64,000 nt of DNA from a virus (lineage: Duplodnaviria > Caudoviricetes): positions 1 to 64,000 of the IMG/VR virus record IMGVR_UViG_3300033075_001328; one strand, 5' to 3'. Both the position numbers and the translations under genes were made by a program. The notes beneath the pieces are model-generated. The model saw nothing but the letters and a program-made list of their open reading frames with translations, ran no database searches and was not told the DNA's origin. Each line of letters starts with the position of its first letter. The first letter of the stretch is position 1. Positions 1 to 8,770 of this stretch are shown piece after piece.

Positions 1-84
1 GGTTATTAATTCTTAAAGTCTTTACATCAATCATGTTGTGTGTTTTAGTTTCTAAATTTTGGTTATCAATGGGGGGGGTATGTA

Positions 85-447
85 CTACCATTCTTTTAAC
101 ACTAATACGGTTAGTGTCTTTTTAAGGTTTACGTCCTTTGCCTTTAGACTATGGTGGCTTAATTTGCCTACTGTTGGTTTTAAGCCTTTATCATGCAATT
201 CGCAAAGCCCATTTGTAAAGAAAGTGCAAGATTTTTTAGTGCTATCATATTGTGGCATAAAAATAGGCTTACCAAACTGGTTGGTTAAAACTATCCTATC
301 GCCATACCCAGCCTCTACTATAGCTTTCATATCTTCGGGTGTACCTATGCAAGGGGCTTTACATTGCTCCTTACATAAGCTACACTTACAGCTTACAGGC
401 TTCATTCCTGATTTACGTATTATCTTGTTGAAAGTTGATTCTGCCAT
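85..447 (-). CDS. YkgJ-like cysteine-cluster (Zn/Fe-chelating) protein
   Basis: CxCxxCxxxCxxPC N-terminal cluster plus CTFFTNGLCELH motif. Confidence 0.6.
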   Translation of the reverse strand: MAESTFNKIIRKSGMKPVSCKCSLCKEQCKAPCIGTPEDMKAIVEAGYGDRIVLTNQFGKPIFMPQYDSTKKSCTFFTNGLCELHDKGLKPTVGKLSHHSLKAKDVNLKKTLTVLVLKEW

Positions 448-451
448 ATCT

Positions 452-712
452 CTAGTTGCTTTGGGTTAAACGTTTCCATTCCACTATGGTTCCTTTTAAC
501 GGATTAACGTCCATGCCTTTATATAAAACTAACCATCCACCATCCCAATACGGTTCACATGGTATTGGTTTACTTCGCTTGTTTGCTCCTTCCTCAAAGG
601 TAAATGGATACCATGTCGGTGTTGCGTATGCTTCATTGCCAAATTCATCACGCACCAACAAATCTTCATCGGGCGGAGTTTCAGAAATAGGATGCCAGTT
701 ATTGTCCTTCAT
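452..712 (-). CDS. hypothetical phage protein (DUF551-like)
   Basis: NWHPISETPP start and W-rich IVEWKRL end typical of this small phage family. Confidence 0.5.
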   Translation of the reverse strand: MKDNNWHPISETPPDEDLLVRDEFGNEAYATPTWYPFTFEEGANKRSKPIPCEPYWDGGWLVLYKGMDVNPLKGTIVEWKRLTQSN

Positions 713-733
713 CTTATCTGTTATGTTTAATGG

Positions 734-1051
734 TTATTTGCCAAATATTTCAATTCTCGCACATTCTGAAACTCTATTCCAATAGGAATTATGTTTTAAC
801 CTTACCAAAGGTGGATAGTTATCTTTAGGCTTTACAAAGCTAACATTTTCACCTGCGAACCGCTTGTAGCAATCTATAGCAACCTTTATGCAATCATAAA
901 GTTTAGCTTTTATATCGTGGCTACTCATGTCGGTAGGTATAATATCTAACACAACCTTATATTGTTTTATCATTTCAGAAGCCATTGTACCTGCGCTTAA
1001 ACTAACGGGTGCATTGATAGGTATTTTGTTAACTTCAAGTATATTACTCAT
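734..1051 (-). CDS. hypothetical protein
   Basis: 105-aa ORF co-oriented in minus-strand operon. Confidence 0.6.
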   Translation of the reverse strand: MSNILEVNKIPINAPVSLSAGTMASEMIKQYKVVLDIIPTDMSSHDIKAKLYDCIKVAIDCYKRFAGENVSFVKPKDNYPPLVRLKHNSYWNRVSECARIEIFGK

Positions 1052-1088
1052 AGGTATAGTTATTTAATTACTAGTTAGGTAATGGATT

Positions 1089-1574
1089 TTAATACTTTTG
1101 CTTTGCTGTTAAATCTCTGTCATGCTCCTTACTATGGCAATCCTCACAAAGTGAAACTAAATACCAAATAGGAACCTCCCAAATCATTTTTCCGCGCAGA
1201 TACTTCAAATGGTGAACATGCAATGTTTTATGCCTATCATGACAATCAACACAAGTGAAATTATCTCTGTTTAATACCGCCAACCTCATTTTTTGCCAAT
1301 TAGGATGCAGGTATTGTTCTTTCCATGGCAAATCCTTTACTGGCTCAAACATTTTTTCAATAGTCTTCTTTCTAAAAACCTTGCTTTCATTAAAATGCGC
1401 ATCGGTTAAAGATAAAAACGTTTCATATTGACTAGCCTCAACTTCCATATTGCACATTCTTTTAAACCAACCTTTCGTTTGTTCAATACCTAGTGCGGCT
1501 ATTTGTTCTGAGTTGTATCCGTTATTTCTACTCTTGCCTCGTTCAATCATTGCCTTAGTAAGCCTAATTTTCAT
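1089..1574 (-). CDS. HNH endonuclease
   Basis: WQKMRLAVLNRDNFTCVDC...LHVHHLKY...LVSLCEDCHSKEH. Confidence 0.9.
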   Translation of the reverse strand: MKIRLTKAMIERGKSRNNGYNSEQIAALGIEQTKGWFKRMCNMEVEASQYETFLSLTDAHFNESKVFRKKTIEKMFEPVKDLPWKEQYLHPNWQKMRLAVLNRDNFTCVDCHDRHKTLHVHHLKYLRGKMIWEVPIWYLVSLCEDCHSKEHDRDLTAKQKY

Positions 1575-1851
1575 GTTTTATATTTAAGTTATCCCTTTCA
1601 AAAATCGGTGGGTGCGCAGCGTTGGCAAGTGTCTAACTCCCCTCCCCTCGAAAAGAAGTTAGACTACTTTACCGCTATCCCCCACAATGAACCGTATGGT
1701 ATGCTCTCCAATCTCACGAAATAGCCAACGGTGGAAAGTGCCTAGTCCGAACCCGTTAGTTTTGGTAAACAATGCTGCTATCAAACTCCCGCAGGCTAAT
1801 TCTTATGCTCATTTGCAGCCCCATTTAGCTTTGCAGGGCGTGTAGTGTAGC

Positions 1852-2238
1852 TTAGGTGCTTTCATGTGAAATAGTCATTGCTTCTATCTTACTTTTCAAT
1901 AACCACGCTGTTCTTTGATTTAAGCCTATTTTTTCTCCTAGCTGAACACTTGTCATGCTTGGCGTTTTATCAAGCAAATATATGGCTTGAAACCACTTCA
2001 ATAATGGCACTCTAGTGTTGTGGAATAGGGTGTTTGTTTTAACGGTGAAGTATTTGCCTGTGTTTTTGCATTTGTATTTACCGTTACCACACCTGTAAAC
2101 AGAAGAAAGATAGTCAAATGGAGAATACACAAACAAAGGCCATTGAAGTGCCTCTAAATGCGCAATACACTTCTCCTCTGTAGGAAACGCTTTGGCTATC
2201 TCCGATATGCTTCTGAATTTTCTATTTGTGAACTTCAT
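1852..2238 (-). CDS. IS1595-family transposase N-terminal Zn-ribbon/HTH fragment (no DDE domain)
   Basis: FPTEEKCIAHLE..W, YKCKNTGKYFTVKTNTLFHNTRVPLLKWFQAIYLL, SVQLGEKIGLNQRTAW; start moved to ATG 2238 because the upstream region is a hairpin leader. Confidence 0.8.
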   Translation of the reverse strand: MKFTNRKFRSISEIAKAFPTEEKCIAHLEALQWPLFVYSPFDYLSSVYRCGNGKYKCKNTGKYFTVKTNTLFHNTRVPLLKWFQAIYLLDKTPSMTSVQLGEKIGLNQRTAWLLKSKIEAMTISHEST

Positions 2239-2407
2239 AGAAATAAAAAAGCCCGTAGTGGAGTACGGGCAGGTTGCTTCGGTGATTAAACCTAACAAGC
2301 AAGCCCTTCGGATACTCCACTAAACGGAGGGCTTTTTATAACGGTAGCGGTACTAATCGAAATACATCAATTTTCTCGCCCATACTAGCTATTGCTAGTG
2401 ATGTTTG

Positions 2408-2481
2408 TTGCGAATATCGGACTCGAACCGATGGTCTTTAGCTTATGAGGCTAACGAGGACTCCATCTCCTCTAATTCGCG
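2408..2481 (-). tRNA. tRNA-Met(CAT), initiator-like
   Basis: Cloverleaf CGCGAAT/ATTCGCA, D-stem GAGG/CCTC, anticodon arm TTAGC-CTCATAA-GCTAA, T-arm ATCGG-TTCGAGT-CCGAT; C1:A72 mismatch, A11:U24; CCA not encoded. Confidence 0.93.
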
Positions 2482-2537
2482 ATGTTGGCTACTTACCCGA
2501 ACAGGGACACCCCGTTCCGTTTATGCTTTCGCCGCCC

Positions 2538-2567
2538 CAAATATAACGCTTTTCCGAGAAATGCAAT
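2538..2567 (-). promoter_or_regulatory. Bacteroidota sigma-70 promoter upstream of tRNA
   Basis: -7 box TATATTTG (2545-2538) with TTG-like -33 element about 18 nt upstream. Confidence 0.7.
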
Positions 2568-2580
2568 GGGAGGGGGGGAT

Positions 2581-3288
2581 TTATTTTTGATAATCGAATA
2601 AGGTTGCCTGTTTTAGCGGCTTGAATCCAGTTTGCTTGCACTTGATTATATATTCGCTCCATTGACTTGCCATAGCATCTGCTATCCCTTGAAATGTTTT
2701 GCTGCGTTCTGCTTGGCGTTCTGCGCCTCGAAATTTGCTTGTGTCCCAGTACCACTTATCAAAACGTTTGCCCGTACTTGTTTCAACATAAGTAACATCA
2801 ACTATTTTTGTTGGTTTTAATAGTGGTAGATTTTTAAGCCATAGGCAAGTAGACTTGCTCGCATCATGACCGAACTGATACGGATGTATTATCTGCGTTG
2901 GTTTCATAAACATACTACTTAGCACTCCTATGGGGTTTTCTAAAGCTATATGCGGAATATCCATGTTATACATAGCTTTAAAAAACTCTACTGCATCTAA
3001 TTGGTCTTTCTTACGTGTAGGATATTTTGGATGTGGCGAAGTTTTGGTTTTATCTGAATAAAGCCACCTAAGCCCTGTATTTGTTAGATAAGTACACGGT
3101 GGATGCCCTATAGCAAAATCCCATTGCTCCATTTTAGCTACCTCAAAACAATCCCCTTGTATGTGCCACTCAGGATGACCACCGCTGCATGGTTTTATGT
3201 CGTTAGAATAAACCTCATGCCCTAATGCTCGGAACGCTTTAGTTACCGCTTGGCTTTCTTCGCAAAATACAATCCCTTTAAGTTTCAT
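2581..3288 (-). CDS. phage DNA cytosine-C5 methyltransferase-like protein
   Basis: FCEESQAVTKAFRALGHEVYSNDI, GHPPCTYL (catalytic PC), ALENP, RSKTFQGIADAMASQW. Confidence 0.8.
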   Translation of the reverse strand: MKLKGIVFCEESQAVTKAFRALGHEVYSNDIKPCSGGHPEWHIQGDCFEVAKMEQWDFAIGHPPCTYLTNTGLRWLYSDKTKTSPHPKYPTRKKDQLDAVEFFKAMYNMDIPHIALENPIGVLSSMFMKPTQIIHPYQFGHDASKSTCLWLKNLPLLKPTKIVDVTYVETSTGKRFDKWYWDTSKFRGAERQAERSKTFQGIADAMASQWSEYIIKCKQTGFKPLKQATLFDYQK

Positions 3289-3311
3289 TTTCCAGTTACT
3301 CGGTTTACAAA

Positions 3312-3638
3312 TTATTTCTTCGGTGGGGTGATGGGTTTCCATGCTACTATATCGAAATCGAAGTCATCCCCAATCTCATTAAACCATTCATTTCTCGTGC
3401 GAGAATAATAGCCCTTAGATACTGTGCCGTCTTTAAATTTTACTTCTACGATATTGTTATTTCTAGGGAATACAACATCAGTCCAACCATCCTGCTGCGC
3501 CTCAATCTCGGCTAGCCATTGCTTGGCTTTATTATAATTAGGAAAATCTGAATCGTCTAAATCTAGGCGTTCGCGCTCAATCTCGGCATATAAAATATAA
3601 TCCTTTATTATATCTACTTTATCTTTGTCGGTTAGCAT
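3312..3638 (-). CDS. hypothetical protein with DUF551-like C-terminus
   Basis: WTDV..FP...VEVKF...IVAWKPI pattern. Confidence 0.55.
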   Translation of the reverse strand: MLTDKDKVDIIKDYILYAEIERERLDLDDSDFPNYNKAKQWLAEIEAQQDGWTDVVFPRNNNIVEVKFKDGTVSKGYYSRTRNEWFNEIGDDFDFDIVAWKPITPPKK

Positions 3639-3795
3639 TGGTTATTTATTTTATGTTGAACAATAATCTCTTTAGCTTCCTGCTTTGTTGATGCGGAAGA
3701 AATAAACTGTGCCGAATCCTTATACACTAAGTAAACCTCGTAAGATTTAAAAGAACCAAATTTTACATTTCTAATTACATACTTACCCATATCTC

Positions 3796-4311
3796 TTACC
3801 TTTTAACCGCGTCCAGCACGGATGTTATCGAATCTTTGTTTGGGAAATTTAGCCTAGCAAACTCTTTATGATACTTTTTAGCAGCTTTATCGTAAGCTAG
3901 AGCCGCAGCTACTTCGCACCTAAAAACTCCTAGGAAAATAACAGTACCATTAGATTTTATAGAAGAACCCCACCTGTCTCTCATTTTGTAAACCCCAAGA
4001 TATTTAGAAGCTCCCCAAGGTCTTCTATTTCTAGAATTTTCGGAGTTGGTGCATGGCCTTAGGTTTGATTTTTGGTTGTTTAAACCGTTGCCATCTATGT
4101 GGTCAACATGGATGTTTGTATCAAACAAGCAAGCCATAAAGCGATGCATAAACATACGTTTACTAAAAAATGGGAAGGCGCCTTTGACATGGTTTTTAGG
4201 TGTTAAATACCAATTAAACTGATTTAAAAACTCATAATCATCATCGTCCACTAAAGCGTAAATTGGTGATTTATGGTTTTTTATTACCCTGTTTAGTAAA
4301 ATCTTCTTCAT
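3796..4311 (-). CDS. HNH-AP2 homing endonuclease
   Basis: ALVDDDDYEFLNQFNW, VDHIDGNGLNNQKSNLR, AP2 tail LGVFRCEVAAALAYDKAAKKYHKEFARLNF. Confidence 0.92.
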   Translation of the reverse strand: MKKILLNRVIKNHKSPIYALVDDDDYEFLNQFNWYLTPKNHVKGAFPFFSKRMFMHRFMACLFDTNIHVDHIDGNGLNNQKSNLRPCTNSENSRNRRPWGASKYLGVYKMRDRWGSSIKSNGTVIFLGVFRCEVAAALAYDKAAKKYHKEFARLNFPNKDSITSVLDAVKR

Positions 4312-4312
4312 T

Positions 4313-4489
4313 TTATTTTTTACTTTTTTTCTTTTCTGCAACGGTCAATATATACATGCCGCCTATGGACTTGTAAGATATTACCCTTTCAAGAGGTGCG
4401 ATATTGTCATTACTTACGCAGCGGTGTACCCATTGCCTACTTTTGCCAACTTCTGCGGCATAATTCGGTATTGTCATTTCTTTTGTCAT
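4313..4489 (-). CDS. small HTH DNA-binding protein (Cro/excisionase-like)
   Basis: TIPNYAAEVGKSRQWVHR helix-turn-helix; first gene of leftward operon. Confidence 0.5.
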   Translation of the reverse strand: MTKEMTIPNYAAEVGKSRQWVHRCVSNDNIAPLERVISYKSIGGMYILTVAEKKKSKK

Positions 4490-4997
4490 GGGTACAAAGG
4501 TAAACTTTACATTGGTAATCTCCAAACATTTATTTTTATTTCACTTTTTCTCCCTTAAAATCAATCAATTAAAAAAATATTTAGCAATGGACTTGCGTAA
4601 ACCAAAAATAGTTTGTTTGTTTGCACTGTCGTTAGCGATAACAAAGTTCTTTGGTGTGTGGCGGAATAGTAGCTACAGAAATTAGGATAAGGTACTGACG
4701 GTAGATAGCCAATAGTAAATAAATATTAGTGCAAAAAGGCGCACTATAACCAAACCTAGCAGAAAAGGGCAGTACGCGCTATTATCCAACCTTGCCACAC
4801 CAATTGGCACACATGGCAGCGATGTCGGTGTGCCGCAAGATAACGTTCTTTGGGTTGGCGATCGGATGTTGCAACTGCTGCATGTTTGAGAGAAAATGAT
4901 TTATCATTAAACTTCAATCACAGTCAATAATGAACGCAGTGTGAAAACACCTCCGTTTAGTTTGCCTTTCGCCAACCTTTTATTTTAAAATTATGTT

Positions 4998-5234
4998 ATG
5001 ACAAAGAAGGGTTCAATAGTAAAAATGTTTTTAGCAAAGGGTTTTCACGTTGATAGTATAGAATATACTAAAACAACATATTACCCTATGGGGTATGAAG
5101 GAGGATGGGTTATTAGGCTGAAACAGCCATGCGATATATGTAGCGAGCAGGTTGCTCCGAATTTCATGGAAGTAAAAAGGTTTATTGAAGAAGCACCTAT
5201 AAACGGAACAACTGAATTTATGATAATAAAATAA
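4998..5234 (+). CDS. hypothetical protein
   Basis: First ORF of rightward operon. Confidence 0.55.
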   Translation: MTKKGSIVKMFLAKGFHVDSIEYTKTTYYPMGYEGGWVIRLKQPCDICSEQVAPNFMEVKRFIEEAPINGTTEFMIIK

Positions 5235-5246
5235 ATAGGATAGGAA

Positions 5247-5657
5247 ATGGTCGATTTAAAATACAAGTATAGAGGGGTTGCTGTTCAGGCTATAGCTCAT
5301 TGGGTTTATGGGAATATAATAGAAGAGCATTGCTATATAACTGAACGAACAAAGTATTATATTATAACAAGTCATGATAGAATAGAAGTTAAGCGTGAAA
5401 CTATATGTAGGAGGGTTTACTACGATGGCAATTTGGAGGTATTCGATAAGGATATTGTGGAATTTGATTACTTAAATTTCGATAATAAGACCTATAAAAG
5501 AGTGGAGGAAATTATTGATAGAGGAACAGTAGTCTATGTCGGAACTTACCACTATGCTTTCAAGATGTTTGATGAAGTAGATATAAACATAATGGTTGCG
5601 GGAAATATGATTGACTGCCCTGATTTATTAAAACGTCCAATGCTAGAAATTAAATAA
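5247..5657 (+). CDS. YopX-family protein (divergent)
   Basis: KYRG..WVYG..IEVKRETIC..VFDKDIV..VAGNMIDCPDLL; resembles 20373..20819. Confidence 0.6.
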   Translation: MVDLKYKYRGVAVQAIAHWVYGNIIEEHCYITERTKYYIITSHDRIEVKRETICRRVYYDGNLEVFDKDIVEFDYLNFDNKTYKRVEEIIDRGTVVYVGTYHYAFKMFDEVDINIMVAGNMIDCPDLLKRPMLEIK

Positions 5658-5733
5658 ATATTTATTCATCACCGCAGAGCTGCTAACCGATGTCTTTTAA
5701 AGTACAGTTAGGCATACACAAAACTGCTCGTAA

Positions 5734-5762
5734 CCGCCCCGCGTAAGTGGGCGGATTTTTTA
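5734..5762 (+). terminator. intrinsic terminator
   Basis: CCGCCC-loop-GGGCGG followed by ATTTTTT. Confidence 0.6.
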
Positions 5763-5784
5763 ACCTTAAAATTGTAAAGACAAA

Positions 5785-5973
5785 ATGGTATTAGAGATAT
5801 TTGATAGGCATTGCAAAAAGCAAGTTTCTAACCTTCAAGTTGGCGTTATTTACAAGATTAAGAAATGCCTTGTTGGTAGAAAAAACAATAAACACGTTCG
5901 TTATAAGACTATTTCCAACAAGGTAGAAATATCTATGGATGAAGCTAGCTTTGCGGATATATTCGGTAATTAA
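5785..5973 (+). CDS. hypothetical protein
   Basis: Co-oriented short ORF. Confidence 0.5.
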   Translation: MVLEIFDRHCKKQVSNLQVGVIYKIKKCLVGRKNNKHVRYKTISNKVEISMDEASFADIFGN

Positions 5974-6039
5974 ATTCAGTCAGCACATGCCACGGTTGTT
6001 ACGGCAGCCGTGGTTTTAAGTAACAAGTAAAAGGATAGT

Positions 6040-6273
6040 ATGGAAAATTTAGCAGAAATACTTATTGGTAAGCTAGCAACGCAGCCTAGCTTAAATAGCG
6101 AAGATGCGACTATTACTTGCTTTGAAGCGGCACGGGTTGTTCGTATCGCTAGGCTTGAGGCTAAAATTGAAGCGTACAATGATACGATTAATTGCGGCAC
6201 AGATTTTACAAAAGGATGGCTTCGAATGGCTAAAAGTGAGTTGGCTACGCTAAAAGAGCAGAACCAACTATAA
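6040..6273 (+). CDS. hypothetical protein
   Basis: Co-oriented short ORF. Confidence 0.5.
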   Translation: MENLAEILIGKLATQPSLNSEDATITCFEAARVVRIARLEAKIEAYNDTINCGTDFTKGWLRMAKSELATLKEQNQL

Positions 6274-6311
6274 CCTCAATATTAACCGAAGAACCTTTTA
6301 AAGTATAAGCC

Positions 6312-6506
6312 ATGAATAAAGAAATAAGTTTTGCGAAAGATATTTACGCTAGGTTTAGGATGCATACACATACTTCCAATGAAGCGTACAACTGCGCACT
6401 TGAATCAATAGGAATAACAATAACATTGTTGCGAGATTCAGGAGTTGATTCAACCTTTTTTGATAAGGTTAGAATGGAATTATTCAATCTAAGGGATAAA
6501 GGATAG
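6312..6506 (+). CDS. hypothetical protein
   Basis: Co-oriented short ORF. Confidence 0.5.
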   Translation: MNKEISFAKDIYARFRMHTHTSNEAYNCALESIGITITLLRDSGVDSTFFDKVRMELFNLRDKG

Positions 6507-6681
6507 CCATGACACACTACTTTTTAATAGACAAAGAAACATTTGACCATATATATCAAAGCAGGTTAAGCGGTATAGTATTTCACAAGCCTTACAGTCA
6601 TGGTGTGGTACTACTAAAGTTGCACGGCAATAGGTATAAGGATTATGTGTCAAAGTTTGCAAGACTTATAAATTCAGAGCA

Positions 6682-6918
6682 ATGCTAGACAGAGAATTTC
6701 AGACCGCTACAACGCTATTTAAGCTAGTTGATGCAATAGATAACATGAACATACAAGAGCGCGGCAAGTTTCTTGAAAATGCAGCCGTAGATATTGCCTA
6801 TTGCAATGCTAAGGTACAGCTAAAGAAGTACCGCTCTGAAATACGTGGGCAGATAACGGATGCTATTGCTGAATCGGGCATTAACCAGCGTTTTAATAAC
6901 ATAACGATACACGAGTAA
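6682..6918 (+). CDS. hypothetical protein
   Basis: Co-oriented short ORF. Confidence 0.5.
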   Translation: MLDREFQTATTLFKLVDAIDNMNIQERGKFLENAAVDIAYCNAKVQLKKYRSEIRGQITDAIAESGINQRFNNITIHE

Positions 6919-6956
6919 GGATAGATTATTAATTCACGTAAATAAATAGGAGAAAA

Positions 6957-7481
6957 ATGATAGGCAAACGCTCTAAAATAGACTTTAGTAATCACGAAGT
7001 TATTCTAAACCAAGACACTTCTGGTTTGGTCGTTACGGTTAAAATACCAAACACATCCATGAATAGTGTTGTTTTCATAAATAGCAATGGTATTATGGCT
7101 GTTACAGGAGATTTTGGCAACTGGATATTTTGCCGAGAATTTCATCCATTGCAAGGAGAAAAGAGCAAAGTGAGCGATTCTTATTGGTTAGAAAAATTAA
7201 AAATAGCATCTGTACAAGAGCCTTCAAAATATGATAGTGAGGCGACACGTGAATCCCTAGAAAAGCTTATTGCGGATAAGGAACATAGCAAAGAGGTAAG
7301 GAATTTTTACAAAGAACTTCTTGACTATGTAGAAGATGAGATAGAATATACATACGAAGCATATAGAAGCTATAAGTGCCCAGTAGATTTTGATGATATA
7401 CCATTTGAGAAGAAACTTAATAATTGGCTATTGGCAATATTTGACGCTTATGATTACGCTTGCGAAAAACTTCAATCATAA
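6957..7481 (+). CDS. conserved-looking hypothetical phage protein
   Basis: MAVTGDFGNWIF motif, YWLEKL. Confidence 0.65.
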   Translation: MIGKRSKIDFSNHEVILNQDTSGLVVTVKIPNTSMNSVVFINSNGIMAVTGDFGNWIFCREFHPLQGEKSKVSDSYWLEKLKIASVQEPSKYDSEATRESLEKLIADKEHSKEVRNFYKELLDYVEDEIEYTYEAYRSYKCPVDFDDIPFEKKLNNWLLAIFDAYDYACEKLQS

Positions 7482-7582
7482 CCCATGCCCACTAAATACA
7501 CCCTCGCGTTAATCATAATGGTACTGTGCGCAATAGGCATGGTCGTAACAAGTAAATTGATGTAAGATAAAAATAGAATGAA

Positions 7583-7927
7583 ATGAATAACGAAATAAAA
7601 AACTGGAACTACACACTTAGGGATGCCAGCGGTGGTTGGCTAGGTCAAATCGTGCTTACTAGCGATGGGGCGTTTATGTCTATAACAGATTGGGGCAACC
7701 TTTCAAATGCGTGGCGAAGTACGGGAAGTCAACATAAAGATTTTAGGCATTTCATAGCATCTTTAAATGTTGAATATTTTGGTAGCAAACTATACCAAGG
7801 CATGACATACATACTGTATAGCGGCAAATGCGAAAAAGCGTGTATGACTTTTGCAGAAAAGATACTGCCTCCGTTACAGGAAGCTATACGTAAAGAACTA
7901 GAAGCAGAAAAATCGCAAGCACTATGA
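7583..7927 (+). CDS. hypothetical protein, possible paralog family of 6957..7481
   Basis: FMSITDWGNLSNAW...YFGSKL resembles VTGDFGNW...YWLEKL. Confidence 0.6.
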   Translation: MNNEIKNWNYTLRDASGGWLGQIVLTSDGAFMSITDWGNLSNAWRSTGSQHKDFRHFIASLNVEYFGSKLYQGMTYILYSGKCEKACMTFAEKILPPLQEAIRKELEAEKSQAL

Positions 7928-8118
7928 TAGCCCTAAACAGCACCGCGCCATATACGGAACACCTACAATCACTTTCAAGCCGTTCGCTGTGGCTATTACG
8001 AGCCGATTACAGGCAGAAGGTACATGTAGGCTTTTGTGGCATATTACAGCCCAACTATGAACGCCTAATAGCCGCGATTGATGCGATAGTGGCACATAGG
8101 AGAAACAACATACCATGA
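7924..8118 (+). CDS. hypothetical protein
   Basis: Overlaps the upstream stop (ATGA coupling). Confidence 0.45.
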   Translation: MIALNSTAPYTEHLQSLSSRSLWLLRADYRQKVHVGFCGILQPNYERLIAAIDAIVAHRRNNIP

Positions 8119-8243
8119 GAACCCATAACCCCCACCTCAGCAACCTGCTCTGCCTATTAGCCGACCTACTGCTAGTATCGGTGTACCTATTCGGTGTCGG
8201 CAGGTGGTGGTGAAAATATTTTTTTCGGATTAATAGTGTAAAA

Positions 8244-8275
8244 CTTGCGTACGTCAATAACTGTACATATATTTG
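8244..8275 (+). promoter_or_regulatory. Bacteroidota sigma-70 promoter
   Basis: CTTG-N20-TATATTTG, 4 nt before ATG 8280. Confidence 0.8.
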
Positions 8276-8279
8276 CCTC

Positions 8280-8498
8280 ATGGAAAAAGCAACAAACAAT
8301 TTATTAAAGCAGCTAAAGTCGCAATGCGATAAGCAAGAAATAGGTGTAAGGGAGCTAGGTAGGCGTACTGCGTCAGATGCAAGCCACGTATCAAAGATAT
8401 TGCGCGGTAATCACGCACCTAATTTGGACTTTATGGTTCAGCTATGCCACGCCGCAGGTCTTGAAATTTGTTTAACCACTAAAAAGAATAAACCATGA
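8280..8498 (+). CDS. XRE-family HTH regulator
   Basis: IGVRELGRRTASDASHVSKILRGNHAPNLDFMVQLCHAAG. Confidence 0.85.
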   Translation: MEKATNNLLKQLKSQCDKQEIGVRELGRRTASDASHVSKILRGNHAPNLDFMVQLCHAAGLEICLTTKKNKP

Positions 8499-8770
8499 AC
8501 TACAATGTAAGCGAAGATTATAGCCAGCTCGCAAAAAAGCAGGGATTTGTTTTGCCTGTAATGTACCCACATCATCAAATGATGAAAAATATGGTTTTTA
8601 GCCCAAAAGAAGATAATGATGAAAGTTATCTTAAAGCTAAAAACGAAGCTCATTTGGCAGATGCAATAGCTCGTGTCGCAGAAGATAATGGTATGGAAAT
8701 AAATGCTGTACAGCGTGCGCTCCCATTTATACTTCGTATGCTTAAGTCTAAAAGTGTTTGGGCTGAATAA
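8495..8770 (+). CDS. hypothetical protein flanked by 17-bp direct repeats
   Basis: ORF between TTAACCACTAAAAAGAA copies at 8472 and 8772. Confidence 0.6.
   Translation: MNYNVSEDYSQLAKKQGFVLPVMYPHHQMMKNMVFSPKEDNDESYLKAKNEAHLADAIARVAEDNGMEINAVQRALPFILRMLKSKSVWAE

Noticed and set aside
1852-2340. Active IS1595 element
   Set aside because: There is no DDE catalytic domain, and no terminal inverted repeats or target duplication were identified.
4630-8200. Functional integron cassette array
   Set aside because: No integron integrase is present, and the downstream small genes lack attC sites with GTTRRRY cores; only two degenerate attC-like hairpins exist.
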